Of a DNA stretch of 64,000 nt, positions 37,264-45,908 are shown one piece after another. Source of the stretch: a virus. The notes under the pieces are model-generated. The model did not search any database. It saw nothing but the letters and a program-made list of their open reading frames with translations, and was not told where the DNA came from. Positions within the stretch are counted from its first letter, which is position 1; each line of letters begins with the position of its first letter. Position numbers and translations under genes: made by a program. The stretch lies in the IMG/VR virus record IMGVR_UViG_3300025150_000004, positions 64,001 to 128,000 of that record; one strand, written 5' to 3'.

Positions 37264-37643
37264 TGCCCAGCTACAGCTACCGTTGTCAGGAATGCGAAGC
37301 CGTCTTCGATGCGACGGTGTCCCGGGCGGAGTGCGCCCAACCCCAGCCCTGCTCCTGCGGAGGTGACGCCAAGAGGGTCGTCGGGACCATCGGGTTCGTC
37401 CTCAAGGGGGACGGCTGGGTTGGCAAGAACCAGAAGATCAAGGGCCAGATGGCCCGGAAAAACGTCCGCCTCGACACCAAGTCCAGGGAGCGCCGCCATG
37501 ATGCTCCCGGGGTCCGCCTCGTCCCCAACGTGGAGGGGGAGCGGGTGGATTCCTGGGACGAGGCGGCGAAGCTGGCCAAGTCGAAGGGCTACGACAACAC
37601 GTCGTTCAAGCAGATGGCCCAGCAGGAGAAGGCTGACCGATGA
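37263..37643 (+). CDS. FmdB-family Zn ribbon protein
   Basis: MPSYSYRCQEC...PCSCG..FVLKGDGW. Confidence 0.85.
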   Translation: MPSYSYRCQECEAVFDATVSRAECAQPQPCSCGGDAKRVVGTIGFVLKGDGWVGKNQKIKGQMARKNVRLDTKSRERRHDAPGVRLVPNVEGERVDSWDEAAKLAKSKGYDNTSFKQMAQQEKADR

Positions 37644-38521
37644 GCGAGACCTTCGGCCCACTGGACCACTACCCCGGCATCCTCGAACGGGCACGGGAAC
37701 TCATCGACCTCCAGGTCCAGCTTCGGGATCGACCGGGGGTCACCGGAGTTCGCCTGTGGGGCTCCAGGCATCCCCATCACCTGTATGGCCCACGCACGAA
37801 CTCGGGCATGGGGGGTGCCACCCCCAACGCCGACGCCAACCAGCGGGTTGTCCTCAACCGAGCCCGGCCGAACGAGATCACCTTGTCGAACTCGTTCCGA
37901 CGTGGCCGGTTCCGCTACGACGAGGTGACCCGAGGCATCTGCCGGTTCATCCAGAACGTGACCGACGTTGTGGGGCCACCCAGCATCTCGGACGACCAGG
38001 TACTCTACGCCGCCATCCAGCAGGAGAGGGCCACACTTCCCGAAGTGACCGTGGATGGATTCACCGGCAGGGCGAACCGGATCAAGGGTGTCGTGGACCT
38101 GCTTGATCCCATTCTCGGCCCAATCCTGGTCATCCCCACGGTGGAGCAGTGGACCACCCTGCACGAGACGACGCAGATCATCCAGGCAGACGCTCCCGCC
38201 TTGGGGATTGGGGCCGTGGCCATGGCCGTGGGTGGGACTCCAGCCCCGGACCCGGACCTCCAGATCCCCAACCCACTGCATTTCGTGCTGGCTCGGCCGA
38301 CGACATCCATCACCATCAGGAACCTGGAGGCGGCCCCGGGAACGGGTCTTCTGGTCTCCCACGGACTGGGGCAGGCGGTCTACGAGATTCCGGCGGGGGA
38401 AGAGCGTACCTATTTCGGTGCGGTCAAGGAGGTCTGCCTCATGGCGAATGCCGCTGCGGCGCTCGCTTCGTTCGAGATCGAGGCGAACCTGAACCTGGGA
38501 GGGGCCGCAGGAGGACGCTGA
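37640..38521 (+). CDS. Hypothetical, probably structural protein
   Basis: Coupled ORF upstream of the structural paralog trio. Confidence 0.65.
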   Translation: MSETFGPLDHYPGILERARELIDLQVQLRDRPGVTGVRLWGSRHPHHLYGPRTNSGMGGATPNADANQRVVLNRARPNEITLSNSFRRGRFRYDEVTRGICRFIQNVTDVVGPPSISDDQVLYAAIQQERATLPEVTVDGFTGRANRIKGVVDLLDPILGPILVIPTVEQWTTLHETTQIIQADAPALGIGAVAMAVGGTPAPDPDLQIPNPLHFVLARPTTSITIRNLEAAPGTGLLVSHGLGQAVYEIPAGEERTYFGAVKEVCLMANAAAALASFEIEANLNLGGAAGGR

Positions 38522-38529
38522 GCCTCGAT

Positions 38530-38560
38530 TGGTAATCCGCCTATAGGCGACAACAAGTAG
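38530..38560 (+). promoter_or_regulatory. Representative copy of the putative late-promoter motif
   Basis: TGGT-AATCCGC-CTAT-N12-GTAG; 16 copies are listed in findings. Confidence 0.7.
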
Positions 38561-38607
38561 ACGAGGCCGGTCCTCGTCGAAGGTACTGGAACCGGAGAGC
38601 AACCACC

Positions 38608-39945
38608 ATGCCGTACATCTGCCTTGCACGGAACGACATCCCCGACGGGACTCTTCAGGTGCTCGACCTGGTTCCGAACACGTCCCTTCGGAACCAGAGC
38701 ATCGACCCGCCGGGCCAGACCCGCTACCTCAAGCGCACCCGCCGGGTGAACGTCGGTCTCGACGCCAACACCGGCGTGGTGACCCGAGGCGGTGGTGTCC
38801 AGGGATCGGCCAACTTCCTCACGGGCCTCGAAGCCTACCTCCTCGACCGGGTCGAGCCCGGCTCCCTTCAGGTGGCCACGGGCACCATCGTGATGGCGGC
38901 CCAGCCCAACGTCGGCGACCGGGTGGTCATCAAGGGCATCATCTTCGAGTTCCAGGCTGGGGCCAACCCGGTCAACTGGAACGCCCCCCAGGATGGGACG
39001 GATGGCACCCCGTTCCTCGTCGGTGCTGGTGCCAGTGCGAACGATGCCGCCGCCAACCTGACGCTCGCCATCAACGATGTCGGCGCTGTGCAGGCGGCCA
39101 TCCTCGCTGCGGCTCCTGCGAACACGACGGCAACGGCCACCAACCCCGCCGCTCCGTCCCCCAACGTGGTCCTATCGGCCGAGGACAACCTCGGTGCCCC
39201 GCTCCTGGGCCGGGCCGGTGACCTCACCGTCGTGGTGACCGTGGGCGGTGCCCGGATCACCCAGCCAGCGGCGGGCCGGATGGGGCGTACCGACGAGGCG
39301 TGGACCGAGGCGACCCTGGTCGCCCGTGCTGGCAACCTCCAGGGGGCCTGCGATGCCGGGCTGCCCCTCACACTCGCAGTGGTCAACGGTGGTGCCCATC
39401 TCGGGGCCGTCGGTGCGGATCTCACGGGAGCAGCGGCGACATCGGCTTCGACCGGGACCCTTCTGCAACTCCTGAGCATCCTCGCTGGGCGGGAGTATCG
39501 GATCGCCCCGGGTGCCCTGAAGTTCACGGCTGCGGCGGCCCCGGACTCGATCCACCTGTGGGACGCCACCCAGCGTGGTGCGTTCACCCAGGCCGTGTCG
39601 GTCTTCGACAGCCAGATGCTCAACGGCGAGATCCGGCCGAACGCCCGCTTCGTGAAGCGCCCGAACATCTCCGCTCGGTCGCAGTTCAACAACGTGACCG
39701 GCGGGGACGCCGTGAACCGGGAACTCGGTGATGTCCGCTACAACGTGGCGGGTGAGTCTCTCGATGCCTCTCTGGACAGCGGGACGCTGGCCCAGATGGT
39801 GGCGGCGACCAACACCCTGTTCCCCGACAACCCCTTCTCGGCGTTCAAGAACGGGGCGCATCCCTCTCAGCCGGGGCCGCAGACGGCCGAGGTCAACAAC
39901 GTCCGGCTGGTCACCGTCTACGCTGACGACGGCAGCGTGCTCTGA
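38608..39945 (+). CDS. Structural protein, paralog 1 of 3
   Basis: RNDI..LQVLDLVPNTS..DPPGQT N-terminus; Ala/Gly/Thr-rich. Confidence 0.75.
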   Translation: MPYICLARNDIPDGTLQVLDLVPNTSLRNQSIDPPGQTRYLKRTRRVNVGLDANTGVVTRGGGVQGSANFLTGLEAYLLDRVEPGSLQVATGTIVMAAQPNVGDRVVIKGIIFEFQAGANPVNWNAPQDGTDGTPFLVGAGASANDAAANLTLAINDVGAVQAAILAAAPANTTATATNPAAPSPNVVLSAEDNLGAPLLGRAGDLTVVVTVGGARITQPAAGRMGRTDEAWTEATLVARAGNLQGACDAGLPLTLAVVNGGAHLGAVGADLTGAAATSASTGTLLQLLSILAGREYRIAPGALKFTAAAAPDSIHLWDATQRGAFTQAVSVFDSQMLNGEIRPNARFVKRPNISARSQFNNVTGGDAVNRELGDVRYNVAGESLDASLDSGTLAQMVAATNTLFPDNPFSAFKNGAHPSQPGPQTAEVNNVRLVTVYADDGSVL

Positions 39946-39960
39946 TCGGAGGAACCTGAG

Positions 39961-40839
39961 ATGGCTCGTGCATACATCGTGTTGGCCCGCAACGACCTGG
40001 ACGACTCGTTCTTCCAGATGCTCGACCTGTGGCCCAACACTTCCCACAGGAACTACGCCGTCGATCCGCCGGGCCAGACCCACTACCTGACCCACTACTT
40101 CCTCGATGGGATCAACACCGCCATCACCATCAACGAGGGTCCCCCCCGTGCGGTGGCGGCGGCCAACTACGGGCTGTCCGGCTACGCCGCCGACACCATC
40201 GAGAACGCCGCCCCCCCGGATCGTGCGCTCACCACGGCCCAGGCGGTTGCCTTCGCCGTGTTCTGCGAGGGCCGGGTGTCCAACGGCCTGCCGCTGACAG
40301 CAGCCGACTGCGATGCCTGGCTCGCCGCCAACGTCGGAGCCGGAACGGCCCTCGGCGAGGGCAACGGGACCGCCACCATCGAGGAGATCCTTCGCATCCT
40401 CGCCGGTGAGCGCTACCAGATCCCGGCCGGAGCCCTGGAGGATGGTGGCCCGAACTTCGTGGGGGTTCGCCGGGGTGCGTTCCGCACCCGCCCGAACGTC
40501 GAGCAGCCGGAGTCGGTCCGCAGCCAGTTCGGTCCGGTGCGTGGCCGCAACTCGTTCGTCGGCAAGACCATCCCGACGACAACGGCGGTTCAGACGGCTC
40601 CCCAGGATCTCAACTTCAACGACGTGCTGACCGTGTCGAACACGGGTCGGCTCCAGCAGAGCGCCCTCAACGGTGCTCTGTCCCGGGTGGCGTCCCCCAA
40701 CTTCGCTTGGCTCAACCCGGCCTTCACCTACGGTGGTGGTGCCACCCCGGCCACGACCATCGCCGGGGCCAACGTTCCGGTCACTGGAGTGGCTCGGGCC
40801 TGCACCGTCTACGCCGCTGACGGCACGGTCATCGTCTGA
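39961..40839 (+). CDS. Structural protein, paralog 2 of 3
   Basis: RNDL..QMLDLWPNTS..DPPGQT. Confidence 0.75.
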   Translation: MARAYIVLARNDLDDSFFQMLDLWPNTSHRNYAVDPPGQTHYLTHYFLDGINTAITINEGPPRAVAAANYGLSGYAADTIENAAPPDRALTTAQAVAFAVFCEGRVSNGLPLTAADCDAWLAANVGAGTALGEGNGTATIEEILRILAGERYQIPAGALEDGGPNFVGVRRGAFRTRPNVEQPESVRSQFGPVRGRNSFVGKTIPTTTAVQTAPQDLNFNDVLTVSNTGRLQQSALNGALSRVASPNFAWLNPAFTYGGGATPATTIAGANVPVTGVARACTVYAADGTVIV

Positions 40840-40851
40840 GGGAGAACGAAG

Positions 40852-41886
40852 ATGGCAGATCGAGGCATCATCATCCCGGTTCGGAACGACATCCCCGGGT
40901 CCAACCTTCAGGTCGAAGACCTGTGGCCGAACACCTCGCAGAAGAACTCGGTCTACGACGGCGAGGGTCAGTCGGGCTATCTCTCCGCCCAGATGGACCA
41001 GCCGGGAGCCACGACCTTCGTGGGCGAGGCGTTCTCCACGGGGTCCCGCATGACCACCGCAGCTTCGGTGGCTGGCAACTGGGCGCTCGCAGCGGCCGTG
41101 GACTGGTCCAACGACGCAGGCCACGGCGGGAACGACTCCCGGGCCACGGCGGTTCCGATGCTCGGGCTCGCAGCCTACCTGCGGGAGCGAGTGCAGAACA
41201 ACCCGGCGGTTGCCGGTGACACCCTGGCAGCGGCGGACGCCGACGCCATCGTCACCGCTCTCGTGGCCCGGGTGCTCGCCGGGAACAGCATGACCCTGGC
41301 GGACATCAACACCGTCATCCAGGGCGTGACGGCCCTCGGAGCCGGGGATGGCACCGAGGTGCTCGGTGGTGACCCGGCCAACAGCCCGTCCTTCGGCACG
41401 GTGCAGGACGTGCTCCGCATCATCGCTGGTGAGACCTACTACGTTCCGACCAACACCATCGTCACCGATGCGGCCGGTGCGTTCATCAGGGAGACCCACC
41501 CAGACGGTGTGGGTGAGGTGGCTGCCGGTGCGGTGGAGACGAGGCGAGGCCGTATCCTGAACCTCGCCGGTGCGGGTCTGACGGCTAACCCCACCCCGGT
41601 CGCCACTGGGCGTTTTCTCGCCCAGGGTGAGGCGGGCTACGTGACCAAGCGGACCATCGCTCTGTCCACCTCGTTCCTGGCCTCCTGCTCCCGGGGCAAG
41701 CTGCGGTCGCTGCACGACAACACCGTGGCGTTCCTCAACACCGCAGGGTTCGCCTACGCTGCGGCCGACGTGACGGCGGCACGCCCACGAGCCGTGCTGA
41801 TCGACAACACGGCCGTCCCCGTCACCGGCGTCGCCCGTGCCGTCCGCTGCTACGACAGCAACGGCAACCTCCTCAACGTCCCCTGA
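40852..41886 (+). CDS. Structural protein, paralog 3 of 3
   Basis: RNDI..LQVEDLWPNTS..DGEGQS. Confidence 0.75.
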   Translation: MADRGIIIPVRNDIPGSNLQVEDLWPNTSQKNSVYDGEGQSGYLSAQMDQPGATTFVGEAFSTGSRMTTAASVAGNWALAAAVDWSNDAGHGGNDSRATAVPMLGLAAYLRERVQNNPAVAGDTLAAADADAIVTALVARVLAGNSMTLADINTVIQGVTALGAGDGTEVLGGDPANSPSFGTVQDVLRIIAGETYYVPTNTIVTDAAGAFIRETHPDGVGEVAAGAVETRRGRILNLAGAGLTANPTPVATGRFLAQGEAGYVTKRTIALSTSFLASCSRGKLRSLHDNTVAFLNTAGFAYAAADVTAARPRAVLIDNTAVPVTGVARAVRCYDSNGNLLNVP

Positions 41887-41911
41887 CGGCAGCCTTCGGG
41901 CTAGCCTCCCC

Positions 41912-41949
41912 GGAACGCCCCCACCCCCCCCAGGGGGCGTTCCCCTTTT
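41912..41949 (+). terminator. Intrinsic terminator
   Basis: GGAACGCCCCC..GGGGGCGTTCC followed by CCTTTT. Confidence 0.8.
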
Positions 41950-42013
41950 AGGTCGGTACAATGGATCGGCTATAGCCGCCGATCAGTGACCCTCCCTCCA
42001 CGGGAGGTGGGAC

Positions 42014-42274
42014 ATGGAGCCGACCAAAATGGCAGAGAAAGAACCGTTCAAGACCTCGGACATCAAGTTCGCAGCCTTCCTGAAGGCTGCTGCGGTGCCG
42101 TTTCTTGGCGTCGAAGACGCAGAGGATGGGGGGCGCAGGAAGGTGTTCCAGTTCGAGAACACCGACGGACTGCGGGAGTTGAGGCATCAGTTCTTCTCCC
42201 GCCGACCCGATTCGCTGGCATCCCTCACCCTCTTCGACGAGTACGACGCCTTGAAGGCGTACACCTTCGATTGA
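42014..42274 (+). CDS. DUF5659-like small protein
   Basis: FKTSDIKFAAFLKA...KVFQF. Confidence 0.65.
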   Translation: MEPTKMAEKEPFKTSDIKFAAFLKAAAVPFLGVEDAEDGGRRKVFQFENTDGLRELRHQFFSRRPDSLASLTLFDEYDALKAYTFD

Positions 42275-42281
42275 GGGAGGC

Positions 42282-42548
42282 ATGGCGGTGCCCGACCACA
42301 GAGTACGATGTCCGGTCGTGGACCCGGACGGGGCTGAGGCCAAGGAGGCCAACGCTTTCCGGTCTTTCTGTGACGGAGGCAACGAGTTCGTGCTCGACTT
42401 CATCAACTGCCCAGAGGAGGCGGATTACGGGGAGGTCGTGGCAAGGGTTCGGATCCACCGGGAGGTGCTCCAGGCGGTGTTTGAGCGGCTCCGGGGTTCG
42501 GTGGAGGCCCGGGGCGGCCTGATCTTCAGCGCCGCCTTGGAGGGGTGA
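42282..42548 (+). CDS. DUF3467-like protein
   Basis: ANAF..EFVLDF..VVARVRI. Confidence 0.65.
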   Translation: MAVPDHRVRCPVVDPDGAEAKEANAFRSFCDGGNEFVLDFINCPEEADYGEVVARVRIHREVLQAVFERLRGSVEARGGLIFSAALEG

Positions 42549-42549
42549 C

Positions 42550-43446
42550 ATGGCCACGTCGTTCTATCCTGGGCAGACCATCGGGCGGACCGACCTGAGC
42601 ATCTTCCTTCAGGATGCGAATGCCAACCCGACCAACGCCTTCTCCATCACCTATGCCATCTACTACGTGGACCCCGGCCCGCCTGAGGCCGAGGTGCTCA
42701 TCGGTTCGGCGACTCGAACCCCTGTGAACCCCACGGTCGGCGAGTACTTCGCCTCCCTGATGGTCCCTCCGTCGGCCCAGACGGGGACGTACCGCATCCG
42801 GTGGACCTTCCAGCAGTACGCCAACTCCCCACAGCAGACGGTCACCCAGGAGTTCACGGTGGTGGCGACGGCGGAGGCCACTCTTCCGACCTACACCCCC
42901 GAGATGCAGGAGATGATCACCCGGCTCAGGGTGCTTCTGCGGGACCAGAACCCGGACAAGTTCTACCACTTCCGTCCGCCGCAGCACGCTGGCCGGATCG
43001 GGAGCTACGACCGGGTGTTCGGCCAGATCTGGGAGGACGAGGAGCTACGCCACTACCTGGAGGCCGCTCTCGACTTCTTTAACATGTTCCCCCCGAGCAC
43101 CTTCTCCGTGCGGACCATCGAGAACCTCGTGGTCACGATGCCTGGGTGGAAGACGGGCATCTTCTACGGAGCCATGGCCCTGGCCTTCAATGCGGTCGCC
43201 GCCAACTGGGTGGCGGACGAGTTCGACTACAGCATCGGGGGCATCAGCCTCTCCATCGAGAAGTCGTCCAAGTACGAGAGCCTCAAGCAGAACGCCGAGC
43301 AGCAGTTCGACAAGGCCACCGAGGCCAAGGCCCGAACGGTCAAGTTCATCCGTGGGTTGCAACAGCCTCGGTTCGGCATCGGTATCCGTTCCGCCTTCGG
43401 TCCACACGTCGGTCGTGGCGTCCTCTCGCCTCGTAATTTTCTTTGA
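42550..43446 (+). CDS. Head-tail adaptor/neck protein
   Basis: N-terminal Ig-like domain, LRVLLRD, DEEL..YL..AL..FN, YSIGGISLS. Confidence 0.7.
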   Translation: MATSFYPGQTIGRTDLSIFLQDANANPTNAFSITYAIYYVDPGPPEAEVLIGSATRTPVNPTVGEYFASLMVPPSAQTGTYRIRWTFQQYANSPQQTVTQEFTVVATAEATLPTYTPEMQEMITRLRVLLRDQNPDKFYHFRPPQHAGRIGSYDRVFGQIWEDEELRHYLEAALDFFNMFPPSTFSVRTIENLVVTMPGWKTGIFYGAMALAFNAVAANWVADEFDYSIGGISLSIEKSSKYESLKQNAEQQFDKATEAKARTVKFIRGLQQPRFGIGIRSAFGPHVGRGVLSPRNFL

Positions 43447-43449
43447 GGT

Positions 43450-43498
43450 TTGACAACACCCTTCTGGTGCAGTACCTTCTCGTTGGGGGTACTACCCC
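43450..43498 (+). promoter_or_regulatory. Sigma70-type promoter plus RBS-occluding hairpin for the endonuclease gene
   Basis: TTGACA-N17-TACCTT; GGGGT-ACT-ACCCC directly before the ATG. Confidence 0.65.
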
Positions 43499-44944
43499 AT
43501 GTCCATCACCTGTCCTCATTGCGGGCGTGAGTTCCCTGGCGACCGGCTGAACGCCCGTCACCTGTCCATCTGCAACCCCTCCAGCCGCCCTTCCGCCCCA
43601 CCTTGCCTCTGCGGGCATGAGAGCACGAGCCTCACGCAGATGAAGCGCCATCGTCAGGACTGTGAAGTCTGGACGAGCCGGGACAAGAGCGCCGTCCAGA
43701 AGGTCCGCACCGAGGTTACGTTCACCGAGAAGTACGGGGAAGGCGTCACCAACGCCCGGCACATCTCCGAGGCTGAGGAGCGACGCAAGGCGACGATGCA
43801 GGAGCGGTATGGGGCGGAGAACGTCTTCTTGAAGGGCTCCACCCTGTTCGATCAGGTGCAGGCATCTCTGGAGGGAAAGCGCCCTGTGCTACGAGGGGCC
43901 GACAACCCGTTCGCCAAGCCCGAGGTGCGGGAGAAAATCCGAGAGCACTGGCAGCGGGAGCATGGGGTCAGCAATCCACAGCAGGTGCCGGAGGTGCGGG
44001 AGAAGACCCGAGCCACGAACTTGGGGCGGTACGGGGGTGAACTGCTGGGGTCGCCCGAGTTGGCGGCCAAGGTGAGGGCGACGAACGAAGCCCGGTACGG
44101 CGACGTGTTCCCCCAGCGCACGGATAAGGTGAAGGCCCGGATTCAGGAGACAAACGAGGCCAGGTATGGGGTGCCTTGGACTTCGATGGACCCCGAGGTG
44201 CGGGCGAAGCAGTTGGCGACGATGGAGGCCAAGTACGGGTCGCACTTCTTCGCCTCGGAGGAGGGCAAGGGCATCGTGAGGGCGGCGATGCTGGAGAAGT
44301 ACGGGGTCGAGTTCTGGATGCAGACGGAGGGGGCCTGGGACAAGTTGGTGGAGACGTTCCGTGAGCGGTTCGGGGTAGACCATCCGCTTCAAGACTCGGA
44401 GATCCTGGCAAAGAGGGAGTCTACGAATCGCCAGCGATATGGTTGGGACAACTTCATCGGGTCACCGGATTTCGTAGTTGCGTGCCTTCAAAGTTACGGT
44501 GTCCCAATACCAGCGGAATTGCCTGACCATCCGATGAGGGTCAGGGAGTTTGCTCGAAAGCATTTCGACCGGATGGGACCAGGATGTCCTGGTCCCAATA
44601 AGCTCGAACAGCGGGTCTGGGACATGGCTCCGCTGTTGATGTTCACGGGTGACCGGAAATTCTGGCGTTGGCTCCCCAAACTGGGGCATTTCAAGAACCC
44701 GGACTTCATCTTGCCCGGTCCTGACCAGGAGCATCCTTTCCGTGGGGTCACGAAGATTGTCGAGGTCTTCGGGGACTACTGGCACGGGCGGATGCGGACA
44801 GGCAAGGCGGGGTTCGAGCACGAGCAGGGGTTGATCGACGCCTTTGCTGATATCGGGTTCGAGTGCCTGGTGATCTGGGAGTCGCAGGTGAAGGCCGTTC
44901 CCGAGGCGGTGATGGATCGGTTGCTGACGTTCCTGGGTGATTGA
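43499..44944 (+). mobile_element. Free-standing PD-(D/E)xK (Vsr/DUF559-like) endonuclease with Zn fingers and (E/A)(K/R)YG repeats
   Basis: CPHC..H...C; about nine xxYG-type repeats; PNKLE..NPDF..EVFGDYWH..LVIWE. Confidence 0.8.
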
Positions 44945-45008
44945 AGCATCCCGGGGTTTTAGATCCGAGGGGCTCCGGGTAAGATGGGCAACCCGGAAGA
45001 GGACCCCG

Positions 45009-45191
45009 ATGGACATCAACGACCTCCGAGACATGCTCATGGCCCGCCTCCCCCAAATGCGGGTCCGCACCATCGAGATGAACCCCGCCCGGTTCTACTC
45101 GCTCGCCGACCTCATGAACGGTCGGGAGCAGGAGGCACTGGAGAAGACCTGCCCTCGCTGCGGTGGGACGGGCAAGAACAGAGGGACATGA
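45009..45191 (+). CDS. Small protein with a CPRCGGTG motif
   Basis: ATG after GAGGA; coupled to the next gene. Confidence 0.55.
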   Translation: MDINDLRDMLMARLPQMRVRTIEMNPARFYSLADLMNGREQEALEKTCPRCGGTGKNRGT

Positions 45192-45847
45192 TGAAACCCA
45201 AACACCTGGCCATCCGCATCGAGCAGTGCATCGCCCTCTCGAAGGCGTCCAACTGTCCCCGCAGGAAGTTCGGAGCCCTCCTGCTCGACCCCGAGCGAAA
45301 CGTCGTCCTCATGGACGGGTACAACGGCGGCCCCAGGGGTGGCGAGGGGGACTTCTGCGCCGGGCATTTCTGCGCTCGGGACGGGCTCAAGAAGTCCGAC
45401 TTCGACATCCAACCCGGGATGGAGCACAACACCATCGGTGCGGACGGCTACTGGGTCATCGGCCCGGGTGGGAAGGACGTGTTTTTCAAGGGGGCCGAGG
45501 GGCATGACGCCGCCCTGTCCTATGTGGACGAGCAGGTAGCCGCCTTCCCTTCGGTGCAGTCGGGCACCAGGATGGAGATCGGCTGCCACCACGCCGAGAT
45601 GAACGTGGTGTGCAACGCCGCCGCCAACGGGGTGAAGACGGCCGGAGCTTGGCTCATCGTGACGGGGGAACCCTGCATGATGTGCTCCAAGCTCATCCAC
45701 CACGCCGGGATCGTGAAAGTGTTCGTCGTGGACGGCGGTTACATCGGGCAGAACGGTGTCCAGTACCTTCGAGACCACGGCGTCGAGGTCGAGGCGACCG
45801 AGGGGCCGAAAGACCCTCGGGCAAGAAAAACGGCCGAGGGGGTTTAG
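45188..45847 (+). CDS. dCMP deaminase
   Basis: SNCPRRKFGA, GYNG, HAEMN, PCMMC. Confidence 0.9.
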   Translation: MMKPKHLAIRIEQCIALSKASNCPRRKFGALLLDPERNVVLMDGYNGGPRGGEGDFCAGHFCARDGLKKSDFDIQPGMEHNTIGADGYWVIGPGGKDVFFKGAEGHDAALSYVDEQVAAFPSVQSGTRMEIGCHHAEMNVVCNAAANGVKTAGAWLIVTGEPCMMCSKLIHHAGIVKVFVVDGGYIGQNGVQYLRDHGVEVEATEGPKDPRARKTAEGV

Positions 45848-45908
45848 TCCGGCTGCCGGTGGAGTAGAGGACTCCAGAGCGGCCACATCGAGCCGAACAG
45901 GAGATCCC

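Noticed and set aside
39172-41961. Long antisense ORFs (929 aa here; also 45693-48362, 21152-23041, 2263-3990)
   Set aside because: Shadow frames of high-GC3 genes with no RBS or recognisable motifs
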